In this document: piece by piece, positions 1 through 14,500 of the stretch
Layout: each line of letters starts with the position of its first letter
How positions within the stretch are numbered: the stretch's first letter is position 1
DNA from: an uncultured Clostridia bacterium
GTDB lineage: Bacteria > Bacillota > Clostridia > TANB77 > CAG-508
DNA: 64,000 nucleotides
Reading direction: 5' to 3'
Assembly (NCBI GenBank): GCA_934129745.1
Contig: CAKOWZ010000002.1
Coordinates: 1,440-65,439 of the forward strand
Made by a program: the position numbers and the translations under genes
Notes under the pieces: generated by a model
Told to the model about the DNA's origin: nothing
What the model saw: the letters and a program-made list of their open reading frames with translations, nothing else
Database searches by the model: none

Positions 1-300
1 TAAATTTGTATATATGTCACATAAGCCATTTTTATTGAAAAATGGACATTTATTGTTATTATTTAAAATAAAATGACTTGTATTTGAATTATTTGGAGAA
101 CATTCATCAGATTTCATAGTTTCATATCCAAATTTTATGTTTTTTCTAAGTTTGTCACCAAAGTTACCTTTAACATTTTTGTAAAATTCGGCAGTTTTAT
201 CATCAATATCAATTTCCCAACCAGCAGAACAACAACTATCTTTACATTTATCTGCAATACATTTAAAATTTTTATAATAATTAGGTAAACGCAATTTCAT
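1..300 (-). CDS. CxxCxxCC cysteine-cluster protein (YkgJ/FliB-like, UPF0153-type), N-terminal part; gene continues beyond window start
   Basis: Reverse-strand ATG at 298-300 with a GGAAGGA ribosome-binding site upstream on the minus strand. Translation MKLRLPNYYKNFKCIADKCKDSCCSAGWEIDIDDKTAEFY... shows the CxxCxxCC cluster typical of this family. Confidence 0.5.
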   Translation of the reverse strand, partial: MKLRLPNYYKNFKCIADKCKDSCCSAGWEIDIDDKTAEFYKNVKGNFGDKLRKNIKFGYETMKSDECSPNNSNTSHFILNNNNKCPFFNKNGLCDIYTNL

Positions 301-315
301 AATTAAAAATCAATT

Positions 316-465
316 CCTTCCATTAGATACATTTATTTCGCTCAAATATATTCCTTTAATTTGATACATTTATTTCGCTCAAATATATTCCTTTAATTTG
401 ATATGTTTATTTCGCTCAAATATATTCCTTCAACTAGATACATTTCTTTCATCAAAATACATTCC
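316..465. repeat. about 3.5 tandem copies of a 37-bp unit (gatacatttatttcgctcaaatatattcctttaattt) between the radical SAM gene and the downstream cysteine-cluster gene; the last degenerate copy overlaps the radical SAM stop region
   Basis: Direct reading: copies start at about 326, 363, 400 and 437, with point differences in copies 3 and 4. Confidence 0.8.
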
Positions 466-1503
466 CTGCCACCAATCTCGTTCCCTCAAAATTCTATCAA
501 CACCATTAAGAACAAGCTTTTTATGACTGTTCCATTCAGGAGCAACAAGTAAATCTTTAGGAGCATCACCACTAATCCTGTGAATAACAACATTAGGATT
601 AATATGTGTTAAAACATAAACAACACTTTCCAAATAATCATTTAGTGAAATAGGGTCATATAACCCATCATTATACAAATCACAAAGTTTAGTGTTTTTT
701 ACAACATAAGTTGAATGAATTTTAATCCCCTGAATATTGTGTGAATTCAAGAAACTTACAGTATTTTTTAAATCATTGAAATCTTCACCAGGAAGTCCAA
801 TCATAATATGAGCTATAACATCAATATTATATTTATTTAATAAAGAAACTGCTTTTGTAAATTGATTTGAAGAATAACCTCTATTTATAAATTTACCGGT
901 TTTATCATTAGAAGTTTGTAAACCAAGTTCAACCTCAACATAATATTTCTTGTTGACATTAACATTAGCATCAGTGTCAGCATCAGAATCAGAATTAGCA
1001 TTAGCATCGTCACAATTAGCATCAGCATCGGAATTAGTAGTATTATTAATATTAAGATTAGTATCAATATTGGTATTAATATCAGTGCCAATATAAGAAT
1101 GCAAAAGTTTTACAACATCTTCATTAATACAATCAGGCCTTGTTGCAATAGAAATTCCAATGATTCTATCATCAATAAGACTACTATCATATTTGATTTT
1201 CAGGTTTTCAATATTATCATATGTGTTTGTGAAATTTTGAAAATATACAATAAATTTATTAGCTCTTTCACTTTTATAACTTTTAAAATAATTGCTAATT
1301 TGCCCAGAAATACTATTATCAGCACAATTATTTATATGTTCCCCAGAACCACGCTCACTACAAAAAATACACCCACCTTTAGCAACAGTTCCATCTCTAT
1401 TAGGACAAGTAAAACCACCATCAACACATATTTTTAGAGTTCTCTCACCAAATTTATTTTTTAAATATTTATTTAATTTGTTATATCTGTTTTCATTTTC
1501 CAT
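430..1503 (-). CDS. radical SAM protein, TIGR01212 family (YhcC-like), with an internal Asn/Asp/Thr-rich low-complexity insertion
   Basis: The 357-aa ORF has an N-terminal CPNRDGT...GGCIFC cysteine motif region characteristic of TIGR01212 radical SAM proteins. Stop codon at 430-432. Low-complexity insert DINTNIDTNLNINNTTNSDADANCDDANANSDSDADTDANVNVN. Confidence 0.8.
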   Translation of the reverse strand: MENENRYNKLNKYLKNKFGERTLKICVDGGFTCPNRDGTVAKGGCIFCSERGSGEHINNCADNSISGQISNYFKSYKSERANKFIVYFQNFTNTYDNIENLKIKYDSSLIDDRIIGISIATRPDCINEDVVKLLHSYIGTDINTNIDTNLNINNTTNSDADANCDDANANSDSDADTDANVNVNKKYYVEVELGLQTSNDKTGKFINRGYSSNQFTKAVSLLNKYNIDVIAHIMIGLPGEDFNDLKNTVSFLNSHNIQGIKIHSTYVVKNTKLCDLYNDGLYDPISLNDYLESVVYVLTHINPNVVIHRISGDAPKDLLVAPEWNSHKKLVLNGVDRILRERDWWQGMYFDERNVSS

Positions 1504-1627
1504 AATAGCTATATTATAACATTTTGAGGTGATTTTTTCAATGAATTTTTATATACTTCAAAAATGCACTAAAAAATTCATTGTAGTACACAAAAAATAT
1601 AGTATAATTACTCAAGGAGTGATAAAA

Positions 1628-2299
1628 ATGGATAAAAATGAAAAACTACAAAAACTATATAATCAATGTATAAAAGAATTAGATTCAATTAAAATAGATG
1701 TATCAGAAAAAACACTAGGGAAGGTTGAAATTCAGGTTTCAAAAAGAAACAATAAAAGATATGGTTGTTGTAAACAAGAACAACCTGACGAAAAATACAA
1801 AATTGTTAAAACCATTGGTAGAAGAAGAATTGTAAAATTTGAAAAATTTAATAAACATACAATTGAGATAAGTGAATGGGTTTTAGATTTAAATGATGAT
1901 ATTATAAAAAATACTATAATACATGAAATTATACACTGTTTTCCATTTTGTAATAATCATGGAAAATATTTTAAACAATATGCACAATATATAAATACAA
2001 AACTTGGATACAATATTTCAAGATTAGGAAATAAGCAGGAAGATTATAGAAAAAGCAATTTAGATTATTATGGTAATAAAAATTATAATACAAATGATAA
2101 AAGTAAAAAAGCTTACGGAAATAAGGAAAATCGAGGAAATGGTGTTAATATAGGAAACTATAGATATGAAGTAAATGGTAACTTGTATAAATATCAGATT
2201 AAGTGTAAAAAATGTGGAAAACTTATTTACAGAAATAGGTTGGCAAAGGATTTCTTTAGAAAATATAGATGCTTATGTGGTGGAAAACTTGAAATGTAA
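1628..2299 (+). CDS. SprT-like zinc metallopeptidase-domain protein with C-terminal zinc ribbon
   Basis: HEIIH (HExxH) motif and a C-terminal CKKCGK...CLCGG zinc ribbon. AGGAG ribosome-binding site at 1614-1618 precedes the ATG at 1628. The ORF track's upstream extension from 1529 has no RBS. Confidence 0.6.
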   Translation: MDKNEKLQKLYNQCIKELDSIKIDVSEKTLGKVEIQVSKRNNKRYGCCKQEQPDEKYKIVKTIGRRRIVKFEKFNKHTIEISEWVLDLNDDIIKNTIIHEIIHCFPFCNNHGKYFKQYAQYINTKLGYNISRLGNKQEDYRKSNLDYYGNKNYNTNDKSKKAYGNKENRGNGVNIGNYRYEVNGNLYKYQIKCKKCGKLIYRNRLAKDFFRKYRCLCGGKLEM

Positions 2300-2519
2300 A
2301 AAAATGTATGTTATAGATGTCTTTATTTATATTCAAAAAATTGCCTGAACTGCCTGGTTGCGTAGAAAAAATATAAAAAAATTACAAAAACAAGTCAGAA
2401 ATTTAATATAAATGTAATAAAATAGATTATTCAAATATCCGTAATAAAACATAGAATTCATAGAAAATACTGATATTGAAAACATTAAAATATTAATTAT
2501 AATTAAAAGTAATATAAAA

Positions 2520-2540
2520 ATTGAATGTTCGAAATTCAAT
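2520..2540. promoter_or_regulatory. 7-bp-arm palindrome attgaat-N7-attcaat immediately upstream of the giant surface-protein gene start
   Basis: Inverted repeat read directly in the sequence, about 35 nt upstream of the ATG at 2575. Confidence 0.3.
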
Positions 2541-2574
2541 ATACTCAAAATGCTATGAAAGGAATGTTGGTGAT

Positions 2575-5500
2575 ATGTTAAAAAATCTAAAGACAAAAAA
2601 ACGGAATTATTATAACAGTAATAAGTGTTGTTGCAGTTTTAATTGCAAGTATAATTTGCATATTTGCATTTAAAGGTAAAACTACAGATGATAAGTTTGC
2701 AAATCTTGACCCAGAAACAAGAAAAGCAATGACATACAAGAGATTTACTGATGAAGATTCTAAAATTGATAATTGTGATTATGTGCAATTTAATGCATTT
2801 TTTACGAGAGATTTGGATCAAGATGGTTATGCTGAAAAAATAGCAGGAACTTGTAAAGAAATAGGCGAAAGTGATACTTTGTATATGGATATAAATGTAT
2901 TAACACAAGGTTATTTGAAAAATGGGCAAATAACTTTAAATGCAAAGAATTTCACATGGACAACAGCAATTGTTGATGACAATATTGTTGATGGAAATTA
3001 TATTGGTGAAACAACTTCAATAAAATTAGATGAAAGTGTTTATAACGGAAGTCAAAAAATATTGTGGGGTACAATCAAATCAAATCTTGGACGAAATATT
3101 AATAGTTATTCACAAATAAATACAGTAACATTAACAGGAACTTATGTGTCAGATGATGGAGTTGAAACTGAAATTAATAAAACAGTAGAATTAACAGTTG
3201 ATTGGTATGGTAAAACTAAAACAGAGGTAAGGCATATAAATCAAAAATATGACATAGATGTTTTAAAGTTTATTGATAATACAGTAACATTTTCATTTGA
3301 AGCTGCTATTTCAGAAACACAGGGGCAGTTACTATTAGAAAAACAAGTTTTAGAAATAACAATTCCAAAACTAAAAGATTATTCAGCAACACAAGTTATT
3401 GTAGAAAATCCAAATATTGAATATGAATATGATGAAAAAACAGAGATTTTAACAATAATAAGAAATTCACAAATAGATGAAGATGGTAATATCACAAAAA
3501 CAGTATCAAGAGATAATACAAATGATATAAAAATAACATACCCAAGAGAAGCATATGAACAAATAGGTGGAGATTCTGTAATATTAAGTATACCAATAAA
3601 AGGTTATAATTATGGATATAATAATAAGAATGAGGAATTTCAAAATCCTGATATATCAGAAGATAGTGATATAATTTCTGCTACATATTCACATCCTACA
3701 GGTGAGATATGGAATGTTAGAACAAATGTAGGTGCAAGTATTTATGATGAAATTATATTAAAAGACAATGCTCAATCTTTATATAATGGAAATGAGTATG
3801 AATATGACGAATTAGTAACAAAGTATTTTGTGGCATGGAATGTTTTTGTTGCAGATCACACTGCAATACAAACTATAACATTAGAGGAACAAAAAAATGA
3901 AAAACAGAATATATCTGATGAATTTTTAGATTCATCTGGAAATTTTGATAGTATGTATGATTATATAAAAACAACTGGAATATATTTTGAATATGCTAAA
4001 CAATTATTAGGAGATGATGGTTGGATAAAATTATATAATGATGAAACAGGTGAATTAATACATACATTTACAAAAGATGATTTTGAAACATATAGTGAGG
4101 AAAATCCTTATAAAGTTAATTTAAAATCAATAAAAATAGAAACAAGCTCACCAATTGATGATTCATTATTATATGTTATACAAGTAAAAGAATTAGATGA
4201 TGTTTTATTAACAAAAAATTATACACAGAGTGAATTTGATAATTTGAAATATATATATACATATGTAAAAGGAACAATAAAAGCACCAGAAGGACTAAAA
4301 TATGATACAGGAAAAGATACATCTGAATTAAATAAAGCAAATAAAGCATCATATATAATGCCATATTCTAGTTCAGAAATTAAAGTAAACCCAAGAAGTA
4401 TTTATAATCAAAATATTCAAAATATTGATATAACAATAGAAGCTAATTATGCAAGTATTAGTCATTCTAAATGGAAGAATGGTAGATTTTTGGTTGAAAT
4501 GCCAGAAAATATTACAAATTTAAATATAAATAATATAAAATCATTAAATTCAAATGTAGAAATTACTTCATATGAAACATATAAAGAAAATGGAAAACAA
4601 TATATAAAAATATATACAAAAAATGAAGAAGAAACAAGTTTCGACATTAAAATAAATGCAAATATAGCTATAAATCCTTTAACACCAACTACAACACAAG
4701 ATGTAATATTATATTCATATAATGAATATTGTGATAATTATTATGAAAGTGAACAAGATATTTTTGATTTAGATACAGATGGAAATACCAGTGATTATGT
4801 AGGAAAAGCATATTGTATATTATCAATAAATTCACCAACTGGATTATTAACAGCAGAATATATAACTAATTATGATGATGAAAGAAATATAACAATAGCA
4901 CCAAATGTTGCTGAAATAAATTTAAATCAAGGAAAAACAGCAACAATAAATATAGATTTATTAAATAATTATAATGGAACAATAAGTGATGTTGCTATTT
5001 TAGGAAGAACCCCTTTTAAAAATAACACATATGCATTAAGTGATAAAGATTTAAATTCACAATTTACAATGATAATGAAATCTGAAATTAATATTCCAGA
5101 ACAATTACAAGATAAAATAACAGTATATTATTCTACAAATGAAAAGACAAATAAAGATTTAACAGATGAAACAAATAATTGGGTAAAATCTGAACAAGTA
5201 AAAGATTGGTCAAAAATTAAAACATATTTAATAATGTTTAATGATTATGTATTGCAAGAAAACGAGAAACAAATATTTACATATGATGTAGAAATTGTGG
5301 ATGAAGTAAAATATAATTTAGTATCATATTGTGCTCATGCCATATACTATAATTTAGATACTGAAAATGGAAAATTAGCAATTAAAACAGAACCTAATAA
5401 AGTTGGAATTAAAGTAATTCGTAAATTTAATTTGCAAATTACAAAAAATAAAAAACAATATGAAAATATTCTAGTACAAGGTGCTATATATCAAATTACT

Positions 5501-8500
5501 ACAATAGATGAAAATGGATATAATATCACAAAAACAGAAACAACAGATGAAAATGGTAATTTGAATTTTAAAAATTTAAATTTAGGACAAGAATATACCT
5601 TAAAAGAAATAGTTGCACCAGATAATTATGAAGTTAGTAAAGATGAAATTAAATTTATTATAAATAAAGATCAAAATGAAGAACCAGTTGTTGAAATTAT
5701 AGAAGGAAGTTTTAGTAAAACATCTAAAGTAATGATAGATGAAAGTGGTAATTATCAAATTCAAGTTAATTTAGAAGATGAACCTAAATATGATTTAATA
5801 ATAAATAAAACAAATGAAAATGGTGAAAAATTAGAAAACGTAAAATTTTCAATAAATGGAAAAGATAAAAGAAATAAAAAATATAAAACAAATTCAGAAG
5901 GTATTACAAAAATTACTGGATTATATTTAAATGAAACATATGAATTATCTGAAGTAGAATCAGATGGATATTATATAGATGAAGTACCAAGAGAATTTAA
6001 ATTAGTTAGAAATTCAGATGGAAATATTGTAATTGAAACACAAGATAGTGATTTAAAAAATGCGACAATAGTAGATAATGATACAATAATTAAACCACAA
6101 ATTAGCATTAATATTAAAAATGAGAAAATACCAACATATAATATTAATATCATAAAAGTTGAAGAAAAAGCAGAAGACTATAATTTGGATAAAATAAAAA
6201 GATTAGAAAATGCAAATTTTAATTTATTATGCCAAGACACAGTTGAATTCAAAAATTATTCAACAGATGAAAATGGAAGTATATTAATATCAGGTTTATA
6301 TGAATATGTAGATAATAAATATATAACAGGAAAATACACTTTACAAGAAACAAAAGCTCCAGTGGGATATTCTAATAATAATGAAAAAATAAATTTTAGA
6401 GCCTCAAGAAACAGCCAAGGAGAGCTTCAAGTTGAAATAGAAAACGAAGAAGAACTAGAAACAATAAGATCAGTATATGTACAAGATGATACAATTTATT
6501 TTATATTACAAGATAAACCATTATTTAAATTAACAAAAATTGATTCTGAAACACAAAAACCATTAGCAAATGCAAAATTTGTAATATATGAAATAGATAA
6601 TTTTTTAAATGTTGTAGATTATGCAAAAGATGTAAATGGTAATTATATTGGTGAAAAAAATGAAAATGATAAATGGGTTGTAACAACAGATGAAAATGGA
6701 ACAATTATAATTGCTTTACCTGATGGTAAATATAGGATAGATGAAGTTGATTATCCAGAAGGGTATGCTGAAGATGGTGTTACAGAATATTTTGTAGTTG
6801 GTAGAGATGGAGATAATAAAAAAATTAATTATATAGAAGATTTAGTTGATTTATCAATATCAACAAATAAAGGAAATAATTATGATGGTATAACAGCATT
6901 ATTAATGAGAACCTTAGATTTCAATGAAAATAGTTCATATAAAAATCCTGAAAATACAAGTTATGGTGATTTAAATGGTGATGGAAAAGTTGAAGGGATT
7001 AAAGCTGAATTAACAGATAAAAATGATGGTTGTGGATTTACACCAATTGGAGATGATAAAAATCCTTTTTCAGGAGTTTTTGATGGACAAGGATATGAAA
7101 TAAAAAATTTATATATTAATGATGATGAAGATAAATATGTAGGTTTATTTGGTTATACAGGGGTTAATTCTGAAATTAAAAATTTGGGGTTAACGGAAAT
7201 TTCAATAATATATAATAGAAAAGCAGATTTTCAGGAATATTGTGGAGGTATTGTTGGTTGCAATAAAGGCAATATAGATAACTGTTATGTTGACGGAAGT
7301 ATGGATTTCAATGTGACAAAAGATCCTGAAAAAGAGTGTAGTATATATATTGGTGGAATAGTGGGTTACAATAGGAAAACACGGAAATATAAGTAACAGT
7401 TATAATACAGCAAATATAAAATATAATTATAAAAATGATTTAAAATATGATCATCAATTATATGAGGATAATTTTTTAGGAGGTATAACAGGTGGTTCAG
7501 TAGGTATGATAAATTACTGTTATAATACTGGTACAATAGAATTAAGTTATGAACCTAGCAAAGAGAATCATAAATATAATTATTTAGGTGCTGCAGGAAT
7601 AGCCGGAGGTGCAAGAGGAATTATAAAAAATAGTTATAATACAGGTGATATTATTTGTACTAAAGTAACGAATATGCGGTCAGGTTTGTATCGCTGGATT
7701 AACAGGAGTTCGATTTAATGATGATAGTGAGAAATTGGAAATTACTAATACTTATAATACAGGTGATATTATTGGTAAATCCGGCAGTGAGAATGTTGGA
7801 GGAATAATTGGAGTAGAAGATAGTGAAGTTGAATTAAATAATTGTTATTATTTAGAAACAATTGAAATCACAGGAAATAAATCATCTGCAGGTACATCAA
7901 TAGGTGATTCTTATATGAAATCAGAAGAATTTTATGAGATTCTAAATGAAGATGATGTATGGTTATATATACAAAATAATTATCCGATTTTAAAATTCCA
8001 AGATTTAGAACCATATAAACCAGTAGATTTAATTATTGAAAACACTATGAAAAGATTAAAAATAACAACAGATGTAAATACAATAGATGGTGGAAAGGGA
8101 GGAACAATTTCAGGTGAGGACTTAGATCCTTATGAAACTGTAATATATGGTAATAGTAATACATTATCAATAGATATGATACCATATACAAATTATGAAA
8201 TAGTAGATGTAACAATAAATGGGGATAGTATAGAATACACAGTAGATGATAATGGAAGATTTACAATTCCAGCAAATTATTTTGAAAATATGACAGAAGA
8301 TAAACATATTGTTGTAACATATGAAAGTAAAAATTTTATAACTTTAACAAAAATAGATGGTACAACCTTTGAATTGATTCCTAACACTAAATTTATTATT
8401 TATGAAATAGATGAAAATAAAAAAATAATAGATTATGCAAAAAATAAATTAGGAAAATATATTGGACTTAAAAATGAAGATGGACAATATATAGTAACAA

Positions 8501-11500
8501 CAGATGAAAATGGTAAAATAGGATTAAAATTAAATGAGGGGTATTATAAAGCTGTTGAAGTTGAAGCAGCACCAGGATATATATTATCAAAAGATATAGA
8601 AGAAAATACAATATATTTTGCTGCGTATAATGCAAATGTTATTATAGATTCTATTGAAGATTTAGTAAAATTATCAAAAACAGTAAATTCAGGTGTTAAT
8701 TATTCAAGTAAAACAGTGATATTAACTAAAACATTAGATTTTAATGATGATAATTCATATGCCAACCCTAATGATACAAGTTATGGAGATTTGAATGGAG
8801 ATGGAACAACAGAGGGAATAAAAGCAGAATTAACAAATAGAAATGGAATTGGATTTACTCCAATAGGCAGTCAAGGTAGTTTTCAAGGAATGTTTGATGG
8901 TAGAGGACATGAAATTAGAAATATATATATAAATTCAAATGGGATTGCAGGTTTATTTGGAAACGCACCATATGCTAAGATAAGAAATTTAGGATTAACC
9001 GGAGATATTAGAGGTGAGGATGTTGGAGGATTAGCATTTTTTATGATTAGTGGTGAAATAACAAATTGCTATAGTTCAGCCAAAATAACAACTAAAAGTA
9101 CAAGCAGTATGGCTGGAGGTTTAATATCTCAGGCAATACAAAGTGAAATAACAAATTGCTATAATTTAGGAAGTATAGAAGGACCTGGTAGATTAGGAGG
9201 ATTTGCATATTCATTAAATAATAATAGCAAAATAACAAATTGTTATAATTCTGGAAATATAAATAATACTAGTAATGTTGCAGGGGGATTTTCAAATGAA
9301 ATCTCAGGAAGATGTGAAATATTAAATTGTTATAATACAGGAAATGTAAGTTGTAAATCTGCTCCAGCTGGAGGATTTGCATTTTCAATAAGCAATAGTA
9401 GTAAAATATTGAATTGTTATAATACAGGAAATGCGAGTAGTGAAGACCATGCTCCAGTCGGAGGATTAGCATATAGAATAAGTGATAGTAAAATAATAAA
9501 TTATTATAATACAGGAGCTGTAGAAAGTAAATCAGCCCCAGCAGCAGGATTAGCATATGAAATCGAAAATAGTACTATAGCAAATTCCTATAATGCAGGA
9601 ATAGTTAGTTCTGGTATATCTATGACAGCAGGAATAGGATTTACTAATAAAAGCAATACAATTACAAATATATATTATTTAAACACATCAGCACCATCAG
9701 GAATGTTTCAAAGAACAGATGTATCAGGTCAAATAGAATCAAAAACAGAACAGGAAATGAAATCAAAAACATTTACAGATTTATTAAATAAAAACATAAA
9801 AAATATAAGCACAGACACAACACTAGTTAATTGGCTATATCAAGCAAACCAATACCCAACACTAGAAAAAATCAACAACACCCAAACAACAACTCCAAAA
9901 TACATAACACCATCAGTAGGAATCCCAACATACACAAATGGTTCAAACATAGAAATAAAAAACCAAAAAGGAACAGATATAATAGTACACCATTACTACA
10001 AAAATCCAGACGGAACATATACAACAAACAAAGTAGCAACAGATGACATATATGTAGGAAAAGTTGGAGATAAATACACAACAAATCCACATGTAAACCT
10101 ACCAGATATAACACTAGAAAAAGACACAAATGGAAAATATGTAATCCCATCAAATGCAGTAGGAACATATAGTGAAACACCAATTGAAGTAACATATTAT
10201 TATGAAGCACAACCAATAAAACTAACAATACACCACTATTTAGTAGGAACAGAAGATAAATTAGTAGAAGATGAAACAATAGAGACACAAGCAAAAGTTA
10301 CTTTTGCAGAAGATGGAACATATACAATAACAACAAATGCAAATTATACAATAAATGAAAACTCAAATTATAAAAAATTAATTGACAAATATAATTTTGT
10401 AAATGTACAAACAACAATAAAAGAAAATGCTGATATATCAGATACATTAGAATATAGCACAACATCAGAATTAACATATTATTACACATCAAAACAATAT
10501 CAAATAACAACAGAAGTAAAACAACATAAAGAACTTAGAACAGACAAAACAACAGGACAAAAACAAGAAATATCAGTTAAAGGTGGAACAATTTCAGGAG
10601 AAAATGAAGAACCTTATGAAACTGTAAAACATGGTAATAATTCTGAAAAAGAAATCAAAATAACACCAGACCAATATTACAGAGTAAAAACAATAACACT
10701 TCAATCAACAAAAGAAGATGGAACAGAAACAACAACAGTAATTTATGGTGAAAATGCAGATGAAAATTCTGAAATAAAAAGTGTAACAAACTCAGACAAT
10801 TCAGTAACATTAACAAACTTTACAAATGTAACAGAAAATAAAAAAATAATAGTAGAATTTGAAATACCAATGAGTACAGTAATTGTTCACCACATAATTG
10901 TTGGACAAACACAAGATTATAAAACACAAGAATATGTAGATTATCCAGAAGAAAATTATAATACATCTCAAATAATTATTCCAGGATATGTACTTGTTCG
11001 AAAATCTGAAAATACAAGCGGAAAATTTGAAACAAATGTAATCAATGTTTACTATTATTATAATAATCAATTTAATTATACTGTTGAATATTATTATGAA
11101 GATAAAGGAACAGGAGATTTTGTACAAGATGTTGATGCAACTGAAAAAATAGAAGCTCTTTATGGAGATATAATTACTGAATATAAAGACAAAGTAAAAA
11201 CTGGATATGTATTTGATTCTGTAACACCTGAAGATGTTAATGGAAAAGTTAAATTAATTATTAGTGGAAATGAAGAAAATAATGTTATTAAAGTATACTA
11301 CAAATTAGCAGACTTTAGTTATAGAGTTGAATATTATTATAAAGATATTGACACTAAACAATATATTCAAGATACAGATAAAACAGATACTTTTGAAGCT
11401 AAATATTTAGATGTTATTAAATCTGTTAATGATAAAATTATTACAGGATATAAATTTGATAAAATTGAACCAGAAGGTGAATCTAGTGGTGAATCAGGTT

Positions 11501-14500
11501 CAGATGGATCAGAAGGTTCATCTGAAACAAGTGTAAAGAAAATAGCAACAAATTTAACAATAACTGAAAATACAGATAACAATGTAATAAAGGTATATTA
11601 TTCACCAGCAAATATTGGATATACAGTAGAATATTATTATGATGGAATAATAGATAACACATTAACACAAGGACCTATTCCAGCTGATTATAAATCAATT
11701 ATTACAACATATGAAGATAAAGTAAAACCTGGATATGTATTTATAAATGTAACACCAGTTGATAATAATAATAAATTAAACCTTACAATAACAGAAGACT
11801 TATCTAAAAACGTAATTAAAGTATACTATAAATCACAATATAAAATTACAACAGATGTTATAGAACACACAGAAAATTATTCAGATGGAACTGTTAAACA
11901 AAATGTAAAAGGTGGAACAATTTCAGGTGAAGATGAAGAACCATATGAAAAAGTAATAATAAATGAAAATAGTACAAAACCAATAATTGCAACACCTGAC
12001 CAAGATTACGAGATTATTGGAATTAAAATTAATGATGAAATTTTAGATTATACAAATTATGAAGAAAATGGAGTTGTAACATTAGGTGAAGGATATTTCA
12101 AAAACATGACAGAAAATAAACATGTCATAGTAGAATTTAGAAAAAAATCAAAAGTTACATATAATTATTTAGAGGAAACAACAAACAAAAAACTAGCAGA
12201 TTCTGAAGAATCTACAGGATATGATGGAAAAGAATATACTCCATATTCTCATGAAAAAGCTATTTCAAATTATGAATTAACAAAAGTTCAGATTTTAGAT
12301 AGTAAAAATAATGTAATTGAAGAAATTACAGAAATTACAGAAGAAAAAATCAAAGAAATCAAAAAAATGTATGCTGATGATATTACTGTAAATTATATAT
12401 ACTCAAGAATTAAATCAAATGTTGTTGTAAAACACATTGAAATAAATGAAAAAGACCAAATAGGAACAGTATTAGATACAGAAAATATCACAGGTGGAGT
12501 TGAAACAACTGTTACAACAAATCGTAAGAATTATGATGGATATATTTCGGTAGATAGCCCTAAAGATACTGAAACAACAGCCATTTTAGTTCAAGCAAAT
12601 GAAAATAGCAAAGATGTTATTATTAAAGAAAACACTGTTATAGAAGTTTGGTATTATTATGAAAAACAATTCAAAATCAACACAGAGGTTATACCACATA
12701 CAGAAAATATAGATGGAAATGAAGTAAGTGTATTTGGTGGAACAATTTCAAAAGAGTATAAAAAAGATGAAAATGGTGAATTTATTTTAGACCAATCTGG
12801 AAACAAAATTGAAGTTGATTATGAAATTGTTAATAATAGGGGAGATAATAAAAAGAAAATTGAAATAATCCCTGATAATGGTTATAGAATTAAAAAAGTC
12901 ACTGTAAATGGTGAAGATGTGGCTATTGAAGATAATTCTAAAAAATCATTAACTTTAGATGAAGGATATTTTACAGATATTAAAAAGGATATTTTAGTAA
13001 GTGTTGAATTTGAAAGAATTCCTGCTAAAGTAATTGTAAAATATTTGGAATATGGAACAAAAGAAACATTAAATCCTGATAAAATTATTAATGGATTTGT
13101 AAATGATAAATATGATGAAAAACGTGTTGATATTAATGGTTATATTCCATGTAATGAAAATGGAGAAAAAAGCTCATCAACAACAGGTGATTTATCAAAT
13201 ATTGAGCCAGATAATAGTAAAGGTGTTATGACTGAAAATGATATTGTTGTTATATATTATTATACTAAAGAATTTATAATTACTACTGATATTGATGAAC
13301 ATTTGGAATATGAAGATGATGTTGTTTTAGATATTAGAACAGATAAGAAAAATGATGATAAATCTGAAGATAATAAAAATGATGGTGATAAATCTGATAC
13401 TGATAGTGATAAAGCTGATGATAATAAATCAGATGAATCTAAAAAACAAAAATTAGTAAAAGGTGGAACAATTACATCAGAATTAACACCAGAAACTCAA
13501 GAACCAGTTGAAACAGTATTAAAAGGTAAAAATAGTACAAAACCAATAATAATCAAACCTGATAAAGGATACAGAATTAAAACTGTAAAAATTTATGAAG
13601 GTGAAAAAGATGAAAATGGAAAATTCGAAAAACAACCAATAATACTTGATTTAGAGGAATTTATCTCTAAAGAAGAACTTGAAAAAGGTGGAACTATCAC
13701 AATTCCAGAATCATATTTTAAAAATGTACAATCAAATAAACATATAGTAACAGAATTCGAAAAAATTCCAGTTATGATTATTGTAAATTACTTAGATGTT
13801 GAAACAAATAGTAGAGTGGCAAAATCTGAATATGCACAAGGAACAATTGACCAAAAATATCTAACAAATGAAAAACAAATTGATTTTTATAATATTGTTG
13901 AAGAAAAAATTCCTGAAAATAAAGAAGGAAATTTATCAGAAAAACAAATAGAAACATCAATTGAAAATAAATTAGATATGTTAAATAAATTGAATTCAGA
14001 ATTAAGTGATAAATCAGATGAAACAACAGAAAAATTAATAGAAATATTAAAAAATAAGAATGTTGTAATTGTAAATTATTATTACAAAAAATTACCATTT
14101 AATTTAAGTATAAACAAAGAATTTACAAGTGTTAAAGTAAATGGAACAGAACGTTTAGAAAATGATAATAAATTCGTAGAATTAAGTATTCCAAACACAG
14201 AAATCTCAAATACAAATATTGATGTAACATATAAAATAACTGTTACAAACACAGAACAAATTGAAGGAAAAGCAGTAATATTAGAACAAATTCCAGTTGG
14301 ATTTGAAGTAGTTGAAAAACAAAACTCAGAATGGAAATTAAATGAAAGTGGAGATTTACAATTAACAACAGAAGTGTTAAAACCAGGAGAGTCTGTTGAA
14401 TATGAAATCGAATTACATTGGAACGAAAAAATGAAATGTTTTGGATTATTAGAAAATATAGCTAAAATTAATGAAACACGTAATTTATGTGGATTTGATG

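Noticed and set aside
316-465. CRISPR array
   Set aside because: The repeats are directly contiguous with no unique spacers, and there are no cas genes in the window.
2333-2821. Small ORFs 2333..2596 and 2639..2821 on the minus strand
   Set aside because: They lie in the promoter and 5' region of the giant gene, have no RBS, and show low-complexity hydrophobic translations. The real feature here is the plus-strand start at 2575.
7506-7718. 70-aa ORF between the two large ORFs of the surface-protein gene
   Set aside because: It is an internal segment of the giant gene. The GLUG-type repeat phase runs straight through it once the CGG sites at 7382 and 7677 are bridged. It has no RBS or independent start context.
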